NCBI GenBank assembly: GCA_040389125.1
Contig: JAZKAN010000001.1
Span: forward strand, 111,398-175,397
DNA: 64,000 nt
Source: Patescibacteria group bacterium
GTDB taxonomy: Bacteria; Patescibacteriota; Minisyncoccia; Phycocordibacterales; DATDWN01
Reading direction: 5' to 3'
Part shown: positions 16,227-24,270 of the stretch, piece by piece
How the letters are laid out: each line of letters opens with the position of its first letter
Numbering within the stretch: the stretch's first letter is position 1
Notes under the pieces: generated by a model
Told to the model about the DNA's origin: nothing
The model's database searches: none
Seen by the model: the letters and a program-made list of their open reading frames with translations, nothing else
Translations under genes and position numbers: made by a program

Positions 16227-18515
16227 CTACAACTTCTTCAGGAGCTCTAGCGAATCCCTTAAAATGGTTTTAATATCACCAGAAGAATTTATATCTTTAC
16301 TCGCTTCATTTCCCTTATGATGTGGCTCATGTAGGTCAGGAAGAATTCTCTTGAATTCGTCGACCAACGTAGAATCCATGAGTTTTTCAGTGAGTAAAAT
16401 ATCCACGTATCCCCCTAGACCTTTATGCATTGCAATGGCTTCTTTTAACTGTGGATAGTATTTTGCCTCGACAGCATGCTCAAGAATTATTCGGCAATCT
16501 TCATGCGCCTTTGGATCTATAAGTGTATTAGAGGTGAGGTGTTTTTCAATTCTATCCAATGCTTCAAATGCTTCCGGTTTAAAAAATCTTTCGTATATAT
16601 CTAGTCTTGCAAAAGTGCTTTGATTGACTCCGTCACTGTTCACACCGTCTGGAATAATTTCCAAATAAAGGACACCGTCGCCGAATTCTTTACTGACACG
16701 TTTTAGGAACCCTGATTCATGAGTTAATAAGATTGTTTGAGCTGGCCTATCACCTGCTTTATTTTTTATTGAAGCCAAAATTCTTGCGGTCGCTCTTTTC
16801 CTTTCCGAGTCAAAGCTTGAGATTGGATCATCAACAACAATAAGTGCTTCTTTCAGATCCTTGTTGTTATATAAAATGGCTACAAAAAATGCGAAAGCAA
16901 GAGAGCTTTTGTCTCCTTCGCTTAATGTATTTTTGAGTTGTGGTTTGTCGTCACTCAAATTTGAGACTTCAACTTTATGCTTACCAAAGAACATAAGATC
17001 AAAACCACAGAATATTGAGCCAGATTTTCTAAGATCTGTATGCTCTGATAAGTTTTCCACCTTAAAATCTGCGCCTATTTTAGCTAGGGTATCGTTGATT
17101 GAGGTTTGGTAAACGCCGAATGTTTGCTGTGAATAGTCAGACAGTTCTTTTATAGCCGCATCTCTTTCCTTCTTTAGTTTTTTTGTGGAATCTTCGTTTG
17201 AGTTGTATCCTAATACAAATTTTTGAGCGTTTTCTGAAAATCTATTTTTTAAAACTTCTAGTTCTTTTATAGCCTTTTCGATATCTGCTGGTTTTTTACG
17301 GTCAACTTTTGCAAGAAAAGACTGGATCGATGCATTGTAGTTTTTGATTTGGATTTCAAGAACTTCTACACTTTCTTGAATTGCCTCAAGCTTCTTAGTT
17401 GGAACAAGGTAATTCAGATCCTGCTTCTTTTTCTCAAGCTCTGATTCAAGTGCTTTTTTGTGAACCGCTAATTCTGATGAATCAATGCTCTCTATGAGAC
17501 TCTTAAACGCTTTTTTATCGTTAAGAATTTCATTCCAATCTTCGGCTTCTTTTTTTAGAGAAGCAAGAGCTGCGACTGCATCCCATCGTGTAAATTCACC
17601 AATGGAAGTCGAGATTTCTTTTTGAAGCTTGTTATAGGAATCATCAAAATATGTTTTGTACGCACTGATCAATGAATCGACACTTGATGTATCTTGGCCA
17701 CAAAAAGGACATGTCTCATCTTTAATTTGAGAGTTTCCTGAACTCAGAAAATCAAGAGCGTCATCAGGATCAGCAAGATGCTGAGTCGCATGCTCTTTTA
17801 TCTTTTTTTCCGCAGCGTCATGAGCTGTGCCGATCTTCTTTTTTAAAATGGTGTGGAAACCTTCGAGATCAAGGGACAAGAGTGTTAACTCTGCCGGTTT
17901 GTTTACCTGACTGGCAAACTGCAATTCTTTTTGCTTGTCGGTAATTTTTTGATCTATATCTGGATCTTCTTTTAATAAAAGGAATTTTTCTAAGGTATAA
18001 ACCGAAGATGCGGTTGTACCGGAATACTTGAGTACAAATTCTTTCTTTTTTTGTTCGCAGTCTTTAATTTTTCCGACGATAGTGCTGACTGCTTCTGCAT
18101 AAGCTTTGCCTTCGGCTCCAACAACTACTCTATGAAGATTGGTTCTATGTTCATCGCTAATCTTTTCTCCATCGAATACATTTTCTGATATAAATTTTGT
18201 ATCAAAAATAAGGATCTTGTCGTTTGGACCGATATTCCATTTTTTATTTTCAAATTTTGCCTTAAGTGGTACATTCCCATGTTCAAAATCAATGTCTATT
18301 TTCTTTGAAGCACTGCTTCCTAAAGTCTTTTTACCGATCAATAGATTGTTATTGCCAGTTTGAATCGATCGTAAAATACTCGTGAAGGTACTTTTTCCAT
18401 TACCATTGTTCGCATAAATTATTGTTGTTGGTGCAAACTCAAGACCCGCAATCTTTTTCTTGCAGTCTGAGAATTTTCCAATATTCGTGATTTCATGGAT
18501 CCTTTTGAGAAACAT
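16227..18515 (-). CDS. RloC/PrrC-like ABC/AAA_13 ATPase with zinc hook and C-terminal HEPN-like nuclease motif
   Basis: Walker A ANNGNGKST. Long coiled-coil insert with CPFC (nt 17700-17711). Signature LSEGDKS, Walker B LIVVDDP, LLTHE. C-terminal RIILEH (R-x3-E-H, nt 16476-16493). Confidence 0.82.
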   Translation of the reverse strand: MFLKRIHEITNIGKFSDCKKKIAGLEFAPTTIIYANNGNGKSTFTSILRSIQTGNNNLLIGKKTLGSSASKKIDIDFEHGNVPLKAKFENKKWNIGPNDKILIFDTKFISENVFDGEKISDEHRTNLHRVVVGAEGKAYAEAVSTIVGKIKDCEQKKKEFVLKYSGTTASSVYTLEKFLLLKEDPDIDQKITDKQKELQFASQVNKPAELTLLSLDLEGFHTILKKKIGTAHDAAEKKIKEHATQHLADPDDALDFLSSGNSQIKDETCPFCGQDTSSVDSLISAYKTYFDDSYNKLQKEISTSIGEFTRWDAVAALASLKKEAEDWNEILNDKKAFKSLIESIDSSELAVHKKALESELEKKKQDLNYLVPTKKLEAIQESVEVLEIQIKNYNASIQSFLAKVDRKKPADIEKAIKELEVLKNRFSENAQKFVLGYNSNEDSTKKLKKERDAAIKELSDYSQQTFGVYQTSINDTLAKIGADFKVENLSEHTDLRKSGSIFCGFDLMFFGKHKVEVSNLSDDKPQLKNTLSEGDKSSLAFAFFVAILYNNKDLKEALIVVDDPISSFDSERKRATARILASIKNKAGDRPAQTILLTHESGFLKRVSKEFGDGVLYLEIIPDGVNSDGVNQSTFARLDIYERFFKPEAFEALDRIEKHLTSNTLIDPKAHEDCRIILEHAVEAKYYPQLKEAIAMHKGLGGYVDILLTEKLMDSTLVDEFKRILPDLHEPHHKGNEASKDINSSGDIKTILRDSLELLKKL

Positions 18516-18664
18516 ATTTGTATAAATCTAAAAAGTACGGTAATCATGGATACGACAGGGTAAAAACTTTTAATAACATACCACGAATTCAGCCTTTTAT
18601 AAAGCCCCAAAAGCGTAAGAAAGACTATGATAAAAAACGTTTTTAAGTTAAAATAAGGAAGCAC

Positions 18665-19687
18665 ATGCGATATTACGGTTGTAAAACTAAATTGCTCGAT
18701 TACATTGAAGATGTAGTAACTACTTTACCCGTAAAAGAAGGAGCCATTTTTTTTGATCTCTTCAGTGGCACCACAGCTGTGGGTCAACATTTTAAAAGGC
18801 TAGGTCGCTACACAATCTACTCGAACGACTTCCTTGAGTTTGCTTACTCTCTCGCACGAACAAATATTGAAACTAATTCGATTCCAAAATTCAAAAAGTT
18901 AGATTTAAAAGTAGATGTTATTGAATATTTAAATAATCTTAAAGGCAAGGTTGGATTTATAACTAAGAATTATGCTCCCCATGGCGAAAATAAGCGCCAA
19001 TATCTGTCTGTAGAAAATGCCAAAAAAGTTGATGCAATTCGTGAGCAAATTGAAAAATGGAAAGAAGCAAAAGTTATATCTGAGACCGAATACTACTATC
19101 TCTTAACAAGTCTTATAAATGCAGTGAGTCTCGTGGCTAATGTAACTGGAACATATGCTGCGTTTTTGAAGAGTTGGGATAGACGAGCTCTTAAAACTAT
19201 GAAGTTGGAACATGGCGAGATCATGGACAACAAGAAAGAAAATAAAGCTTTCCGAGCTGACGCAAATGATCTTGTTGGAATGCATAAGGTTGATGTTCTT
19301 TATTTAGATCCCCCATATAACGCTCGTCAGTTTGCATCAAATTATTTTTTCCTTGAGTTGATTGCTGAAGGATGGTTTAAAAAAATACCTGAAATTTATG
19401 GTAGTGCCGGAATGAGACCGTATCAGGATCAGAAATCAAACTATTCCATTTCTCGTAAAGCTGCCGATGCTCTATCGGATCTTATTGCAAAAGCTAAAGC
19501 AAAATATATTCTCCTCAGTTACAACGATGAAGGGATTATCCCGATACCAGTATTAAAAAAGATTTTGGGTACACGTGGAGAAGTAAAAGAATATACGAAA
19601 GAGCATAAAAGATACCGTGCAATCAATCAGGACGGATCAAGAATTATTACTAAGGAACACTTGTTTCTACTAACTGTAAAGAAATAA
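18665..19687 (+). CDS. D12-class (Dam-like) N6-adenine DNA methyltransferase
   Basis: RYYGCKTKLL, FDLFSGTTAVG (motif I), LYLDPPYN (motif IV). SD aaggaag before the ATG. Confidence 0.92.
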   Translation: MRYYGCKTKLLDYIEDVVTTLPVKEGAIFFDLFSGTTAVGQHFKRLGRYTIYSNDFLEFAYSLARTNIETNSIPKFKKLDLKVDVIEYLNNLKGKVGFITKNYAPHGENKRQYLSVENAKKVDAIREQIEKWKEAKVISETEYYYLLTSLINAVSLVANVTGTYAAFLKSWDRRALKTMKLEHGEIMDNKKENKAFRADANDLVGMHKVDVLYLDPPYNARQFASNYFFLELIAEGWFKKIPEIYGSAGMRPYQDQKSNYSISRKAADALSDLIAKAKAKYILLSYNDEGIIPIPVLKKILGTRGEVKEYTKEHKRYRAINQDGSRIITKEHLFLLTVKK

Positions 19688-19688
19688 T

Positions 19689-20498
19689 ATGGCTGAAAAG
19701 ATGAACAATTTTAATGGTAAAGAGTGGTTACAAAATTCTTTTAGTATTTGGAGAGATGTCAGCAAAACGTCTGAAGAAAGAAAATTGAAGCACCCTGCAA
19801 TGTTTCCTCAACAACTAGTTGAGAAGCTTATAAAAATATACACCAAGGATTCCGGTGAAGTTATTCTTGATCCATTCCTTGGTATTGGCTCTACCTTGAA
19901 GGCTGCGCACAATCTCGGAAAGAGAGGTATCGGTTTTGATTTAAACAAAGACTACTGCAAAATTGCAAAAGGTAGGGTAACAAATCATGAAGCTGACGAA
20001 AATTTTGATAAAAAAATAAAGAGATTTGAGCCAGAAATTTATTGTGACGATTCTAGAAACATCTTAAAGCATATAAAGCCTAACTCAGTTGATCTAGTTG
20101 TTACATCTCCGCCCTACTGGGATATTTTAAACATGAAAAGAACGGCCGACAAAGGTGATCAGCGAAATTATTCAAGTTCAAAAAAAGACCTTGGAAATAT
20201 CGACAACTACGAGGCTTTCTTACAAGATTTGAAGTCTGTTTATACTGAGGTATATAAGGCTCTAAAGCCAAACAAGCGATGCTGTTGTGTGGTTATGGAT
20301 ATTCGTAAAAAAGACAAGTTCTATCCCCTTCACGAAGACCAGACACGCATAATGAGGGAGATTGGTTTCGAACTTGAAGAGTATGTAATCTGGGACCGTC
20401 AGAAGGAATACAACAACATGAAAACTCTCGGATATCCTTGGGTCTTCAGATTTAACAAAGTTCACGAATTTATTTGTATATACTGGAAGCGAGCTTAG
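19689..20498 (+). CDS. N4/N6 DNA methyltransferase with motif order X-I before IV
   Basis: HPAMFPQQLVEKLIKIYTKDSGEVILDPFLGIGST precedes DLVVTSPPYWD. Starts 2 nt after the upstream stop. Confidence 0.9.
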   Translation: MAEKMNNFNGKEWLQNSFSIWRDVSKTSEERKLKHPAMFPQQLVEKLIKIYTKDSGEVILDPFLGIGSTLKAAHNLGKRGIGFDLNKDYCKIAKGRVTNHEADENFDKKIKRFEPEIYCDDSRNILKHIKPNSVDLVVTSPPYWDILNMKRTADKGDQRNYSSSKKDLGNIDNYEAFLQDLKSVYTEVYKALKPNKRCCCVVMDIRKKDKFYPLHEDQTRIMREIGFELEEYVIWDRQKEYNNMKTLGYPWVFRFNKVHEFICIYWKRA

Positions 20499-20998
20499 TC
20501 AGCAAGAAAATCTTTCTGCTCGAAAGGAATGATCGAATCTTTATTGATTCGGTTATTTTTTTCATCCCATCCAAAGACCAAAAGCGATCTGCTTTCGTCG
20601 TATTTCAGCACACGGCTTCGAATTGAATCTTCTAGAAGAAGAATACTGACTTCATTTGAAACACCATTGAGCGATGCAACCATGGCAAGAAAAGCTCCCG
20701 TAAGGCGCGCATAGCAATTCATTTCACCAAGTTCTTTCAGACTCAGTGCTGAAGTCGATCTGTTTAATAAAACAAGTTCTAGTTTTCCTGATTTCTTTTC
20801 TTTGAGGACGCCGAGGACATCGGGCTTGAATTCAAACGCTGAGTAATTCGGAATTTGTTTTATGGATTCATGATTCATCTTTGAAAGGCTCGTTTCAGGA
20901 ATGAGGACAGCTTCAATGTCATACTCAGAAGAAAACTTCTTTGTTAGAAATTCTTCGAGCCACTCTCTTAAGTTTTTTGTGAAGATTTGTTTATCCAT
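20495..20998 (-). CDS. PD-(D/E)XK-like protein, paralog of the C-terminal domain of the 21003..22640 product; catalytic E-x-K not conserved
   Basis: FKPDVLGVL...LELVLLNRSTSALSLKELGEMNCYARL aligns with IKPDVVGFL...LAFIEAKITPLDLKCLGQLMGYCMV. Its stop codon overlaps the methylase stop (convergent). Confidence 0.65.
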   Translation of the reverse strand: MDKQIFTKNLREWLEEFLTKKFSSEYDIEAVLIPETSLSKMNHESIKQIPNYSAFEFKPDVLGVLKEKKSGKLELVLLNRSTSALSLKELGEMNCYARLTGAFLAMVASLNGVSNEVSILLLEDSIRSRVLKYDESRSLLVFGWDEKNNRINKDSIIPFEQKDFLAD

Positions 20999-21002
20999 AA
21001 AT

Positions 21003-22640
21003 TTAAATGTTAATAAATTTTACTTCCCCTTTCTCAAGAGTCGCGAGCTGAATCTTACGGTTCTCTGCATAAGTCAAAAGGTCAGGGCGCGCTTTTAATA
21101 CTTTGATTAAAACAAGCGAAGGGGCTTTAGTTGAGATCAAGATTGCTTCAATCGGCTGTGCAACCATGCAGTATCCCATTAGCTGTCCCAAGCATTTCAA
21201 ATCGAGAGGAGTGATCTTAGCTTCTATAAAAGCTAGAGCTTTTTGGTTCTCTAAAAAGCCAACTACATCAGGCTTTATTCTGTATTTGTCGCAATAGTCG
21301 AATACATCCAACAATTCCCTATTTCTATTCTTAAGAAATAGATTAAGATTTCCGGCTGACGTATCGAAGGCATCAGCAGTTTCTTTGTATTTTGTAGACA
21401 GATATTCTTTGAAATAAACCACGAGCGGGGCGTACATCGCCTGCTCTGCGAGTTCCTTTTCTGTTTTTCTCCTCTTGCTCGGAGCCTTTTCAACACGTTC
21501 TTGTTCCGTAGCTTCTTTGGTTAGGGCGTTTCTAATTTCATTAAATTCACTTTCGATTTTTGCTGGGTCTTCGGTTGATTCAACATCGCCAGTAAGCGCA
21601 AAGGTCGCAGGATTTCTTGAGCTTGTCTGCATTTCTTTTAAATATTTACACCCAAGAGCAAGGTTGATCTGCCAAAAGGCATCGAAGTGTCTTCGAGCTG
21701 CTTCAGGTATTCGAAGATCGTTTTCGCCCGGATGGTACGCTTTTATTTTTCCTTTAGTGACCTTAGATGGTGGGAACCAGTCATCTCTTTCTTCAAATCC
21801 CACCTTTGCGTTATGATCCGTTAGTTCTTTAAACATTGCTTGTTTTGAAGTAATGCGAAAACGGAACGCTTGATAGTATTCGGGAAAGAATTTTATTTGA
21901 TGCTCGCGACCCCAACTATTAGGATTTGTTTCAAAAAAGTCTTTAAGGTTTCCATCACGAATATTTGGATGACCCCAGTCGATAGTATGAATCGGTAGGC
22001 CGAATTGTGATCTCAAAAAGTTATCAATCTCGACGGGCAAGTGCCAGTTTCGAACAATCTGAAAATATACACGCATCCGACCATGACCATTTTTACCATC
22101 ACGGTTAAGCCATCCACCAGCGTTGGCAAAACCCGAGGTATCAAGAAGTCCATTAATAAATTCTTTTTTACAACCTTCGTCGCATTCTGAAATAATTTCA
22201 GGAATATGAAATCTATCAAAGCTAATGTTCGGACTGAAGTAAGAAATTATTTCTTTAAATACCGGTTCGTTTTCTTTGAAATCAAGGACTAAGATTGTCA
22301 TTGATTTATTCCCTGTGATGTCGTAGTTAGCTTTTATTTCAGATTTGAGGAAAGGAATAATTTCTGCCTTCAACGATTCAATGGTCGCTACTGGTTGGTT
22401 GTAGATTTTCTTTACTGATGAGTCGACCAAGTGTCCACACTTGGGATTTTTACACTTCAAACTGCCACTCTTATTGTCTGTAGCAAGCCAACCACACACA
22501 GGACAATGTGCAATTCCCGCAACGAATTCATTAGCATGCGAAAACTCTATGGCAATGGATTTGCTATCCAAAAAGAAATGCCCTCGGCCAGTAATTAAGC
22601 CGAGCAAATACGCTTTTACTGGTGTTACCGAAGAAGCCAT
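21003..22640 (-). CDS. Candidate restriction endonuclease: double degenerate LAGLIDADG-like scaffold + Zn ribbon + C-terminal PD-(D/E)XK domain
   Basis: AYLLGLITGRGHF (nt 22575-22613) and EFINGLLDTSGFA (nt 22125-22163) are LAGLIDADG-like but lack the catalytic acidic residue. CPVC...CKNPKC follows. PDVVGF...IEAK lies at nt 21216-21269. The track start 22739 is TTG and would overlap the holin-like ORF, so ATG 22640 is used. Confidence 0.72.
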   Translation of the reverse strand: MASSVTPVKAYLLGLITGRGHFFLDSKSIAIEFSHANEFVAGIAHCPVCGWLATDNKSGSLKCKNPKCGHLVDSSVKKIYNQPVATIESLKAEIIPFLKSEIKANYDITGNKSMTILVLDFKENEPVFKEIISYFSPNISFDRFHIPEIISECDEGCKKEFINGLLDTSGFANAGGWLNRDGKNGHGRMRVYFQIVRNWHLPVEIDNFLRSQFGLPIHTIDWGHPNIRDGNLKDFFETNPNSWGREHQIKFFPEYYQAFRFRITSKQAMFKELTDHNAKVGFEERDDWFPPSKVTKGKIKAYHPGENDLRIPEAARRHFDAFWQINLALGCKYLKEMQTSSRNPATFALTGDVESTEDPAKIESEFNEIRNALTKEATEQERVEKAPSKRRKTEKELAEQAMYAPLVVYFKEYLSTKYKETADAFDTSAGNLNLFLKNRNRELLDVFDYCDKYRIKPDVVGFLENQKALAFIEAKITPLDLKCLGQLMGYCMVAQPIEAILISTKAPSLVLIKVLKARPDLLTYAENRKIQLATLEKGEVKFINI

Positions 22641-22695
22641 ATATGACTTCAATATTACACTTTTTTGAAGCTCTTGAACAGAGTTACTAGGATTT

Positions 22696-22872
22696 TTATT
22701 TACCTGCGAATGGTTGGCTATTTTCACCCTTATTTGCAAAGTAAAAAGCGAAGGCCATAGATGCGAGGGTCAAGAAGTCCTTTGCCTCAATTTTGCCTAT
22801 AAACATGCCGATAACGGTTGCGATCGCCATTAGAATGAATACTATCTTGGATGCTGATTTGAAAATTTCCAT
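22696..22872 (-). CDS. Small two-TM protein, holin candidate (58 aa)
   Basis: Below the track cutoff. MEIFKSASKIVFILMAIATVIGMFIGKIEAKDFLTLASMAFAFYFANKGENSQPFAGK*. Lies directly downstream of the amidase. Confidence 0.5.
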   Translation of the reverse strand: MEIFKSASKIVFILMAIATVIGMFIGKIEAKDFLTLASMAFAFYFANKGENSQPFAGK

Positions 22873-22875
22873 AAA

Positions 22876-23481
22876 TTAAAGTTGAGCTATGAGGTTAATA
22901 ATTTGAGCCTTGATCGCTTCTTTATTCGGGACCGGCTGGCTGAAGAGTCGCTTGAGGAGTTCTGTGCGAACAATTTCCGGCTTCTCTTTGTAATCTGCAA
23001 TGTCGCCATGGACGATGATATTTTTTTCGTCCAACACAAATGCTGTGTCAGGATTATTTGCGAGTGACTTCACGAGTTCAGTGAGTTGCTGATACTGCCA
23101 CTCAGTGATGTCGTTCTCGTTTGGCTCGACCGTACCGTCCTGATCAACGTCGTATCCTGCAGCGAGCTCGATTCCGATCGTGTACTGATTAGGGTTCACA
23201 TAGGAGCCGTCCAGATTCTTGAGCATGATTCTTTTTGCTCGATCATTCGGGTTACTGACAACTCCGGCGTGCCATGCGATGTCAGTAACCTTCACGAGCT
23301 GCACAATTTCGCCTTCTTTTCTACCGATCACATAGTTGGCTGATGATCTGTTCGGTCTGTTGGCATTTGAGAGCCAACTTACCGCCCCTGCATACGCTCC
23401 AAGGGTGAAATGAAGGACAATTGCCACCTTTTTTGTGTTAGATGGCGCGTAGTTTGGTGTTTGTTGGAATGGAATGTTCAT
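22876..23481 (-). CDS. N-acetylmuramoyl-L-alanine amidase (Amidase_2/PGRP type) endolysin
   Basis: VAIVLHFTLGAYAGAVSWLSN...SANYVIGRKEGEIVQLV...IAWHAG and IIVHGDIA. Confidence 0.9.
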   Translation of the reverse strand: MNIPFQQTPNYAPSNTKKVAIVLHFTLGAYAGAVSWLSNANRPNRSSANYVIGRKEGEIVQLVKVTDIAWHAGVVSNPNDRAKRIMLKNLDGSYVNPNQYTIGIELAAGYDVDQDGTVEPNENDITEWQYQQLTELVKSLANNPDTAFVLDEKNIIVHGDIADYKEKPEIVRTELLKRLFSQPVPNKEAIKAQIINLIAQL

Positions 23482-23499
23482 AATAAGTTTAGATTTTCT

Positions 23500-23832
23500 T
23501 TATCTTTTATTTGGTAATCGTTCATTGAGAATCGTCTTGACCTCGATGATCTCGTTTTCTAAATTGTCTGCTTTGGCATTCGCATCATCGATCTTTACTT
23601 CAAGGGTGTGAATGTGGTTATCTCTCAGATTGTTGATTTGATCGCTCAGTTCTTTTTGACTGGCGATTTCCTGCTGAATGAGTTCTATGTTTTTTTGATT
23701 GTCGACTGATGGCACTTGAAAATAATTTATAACTGCGACAGTCGCACCGACGACAGCAAGAACAAGGCTTATCTCATTGAATAAGACCTTTCTTACTTTT
23801 CCGTATGTGGTTCGATCATCGCTTGGATTCAT
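23500..23832 (-). CDS. Membrane-anchored coiled-coil protein (XhlA/holin-accessory-like)
   Basis: One TM segment (ISLVLAVVGATVAVINYF) followed by a coiled coil. The track start 23847 is TTG; ATG is at 23832. Confidence 0.55.
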   Translation of the reverse strand: MNPSDDRTTYGKVRKVLFNEISLVLAVVGATVAVINYFQVPSVDNQKNIELIQQEIASQKELSDQINNLRDNHIHTLEVKIDDANAKADNLENEIIEVKTILNERLPNKR

Positions 23833-24265
23833 TTTCAATTTTTGCAACCACTATTTCTTTCTCGGCCGCTACTTTATCTTTTAATTCTTGATCGCTTATT
23901 TCAGTGATCTCTCCTTTTTCTCTGACCTTCTGCAGAACCTCGACCTTTTGTTCATGCTCAAGATCATCTATACCGATTGCTGTTTGAATTTGCGTTTTGA
24001 GTTCTTCTACTTGCTCGTTGTAATTGAGAGAAAGGACTCCGTCGGGATTTTCAAATAGTGCGGTCTTTACGATCTCCTGAAATCTTTCAGGTCGCTCGGC
24101 CAAAAGATTCGGAGCATCGTAATTTTTGCCTTCATTGAGAGCATTGATCAGCTGTGTTTCGTCATCGCATGTCTGACAAATAAAACCTTCATGATTTTCA
24201 ACAGAGCTTTCTCCGATAACCTTGTCACATTTCGGGCATTTGATTTCGTATGTTTGTGGTTCCAT
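23816..24265 (-). CDS. Zinc-ribbon protein, hypothetical
   Basis: CPKCDK...CQTCDD at the N-terminus, with an acidic helical C-terminus. Confidence 0.6.
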   Translation of the reverse strand: MEPQTYEIKCPKCDKVIGESSVENHEGFICQTCDDETQLINALNEGKNYDAPNLLAERPERFQEIVKTALFENPDGVLSLNYNEQVEELKTQIQTAIGIDDLEHEQKVEVLQKVREKGEITEISDQELKDKVAAEKEIVVAKIENESKR

Positions 24266-24270
24266 ATTTT

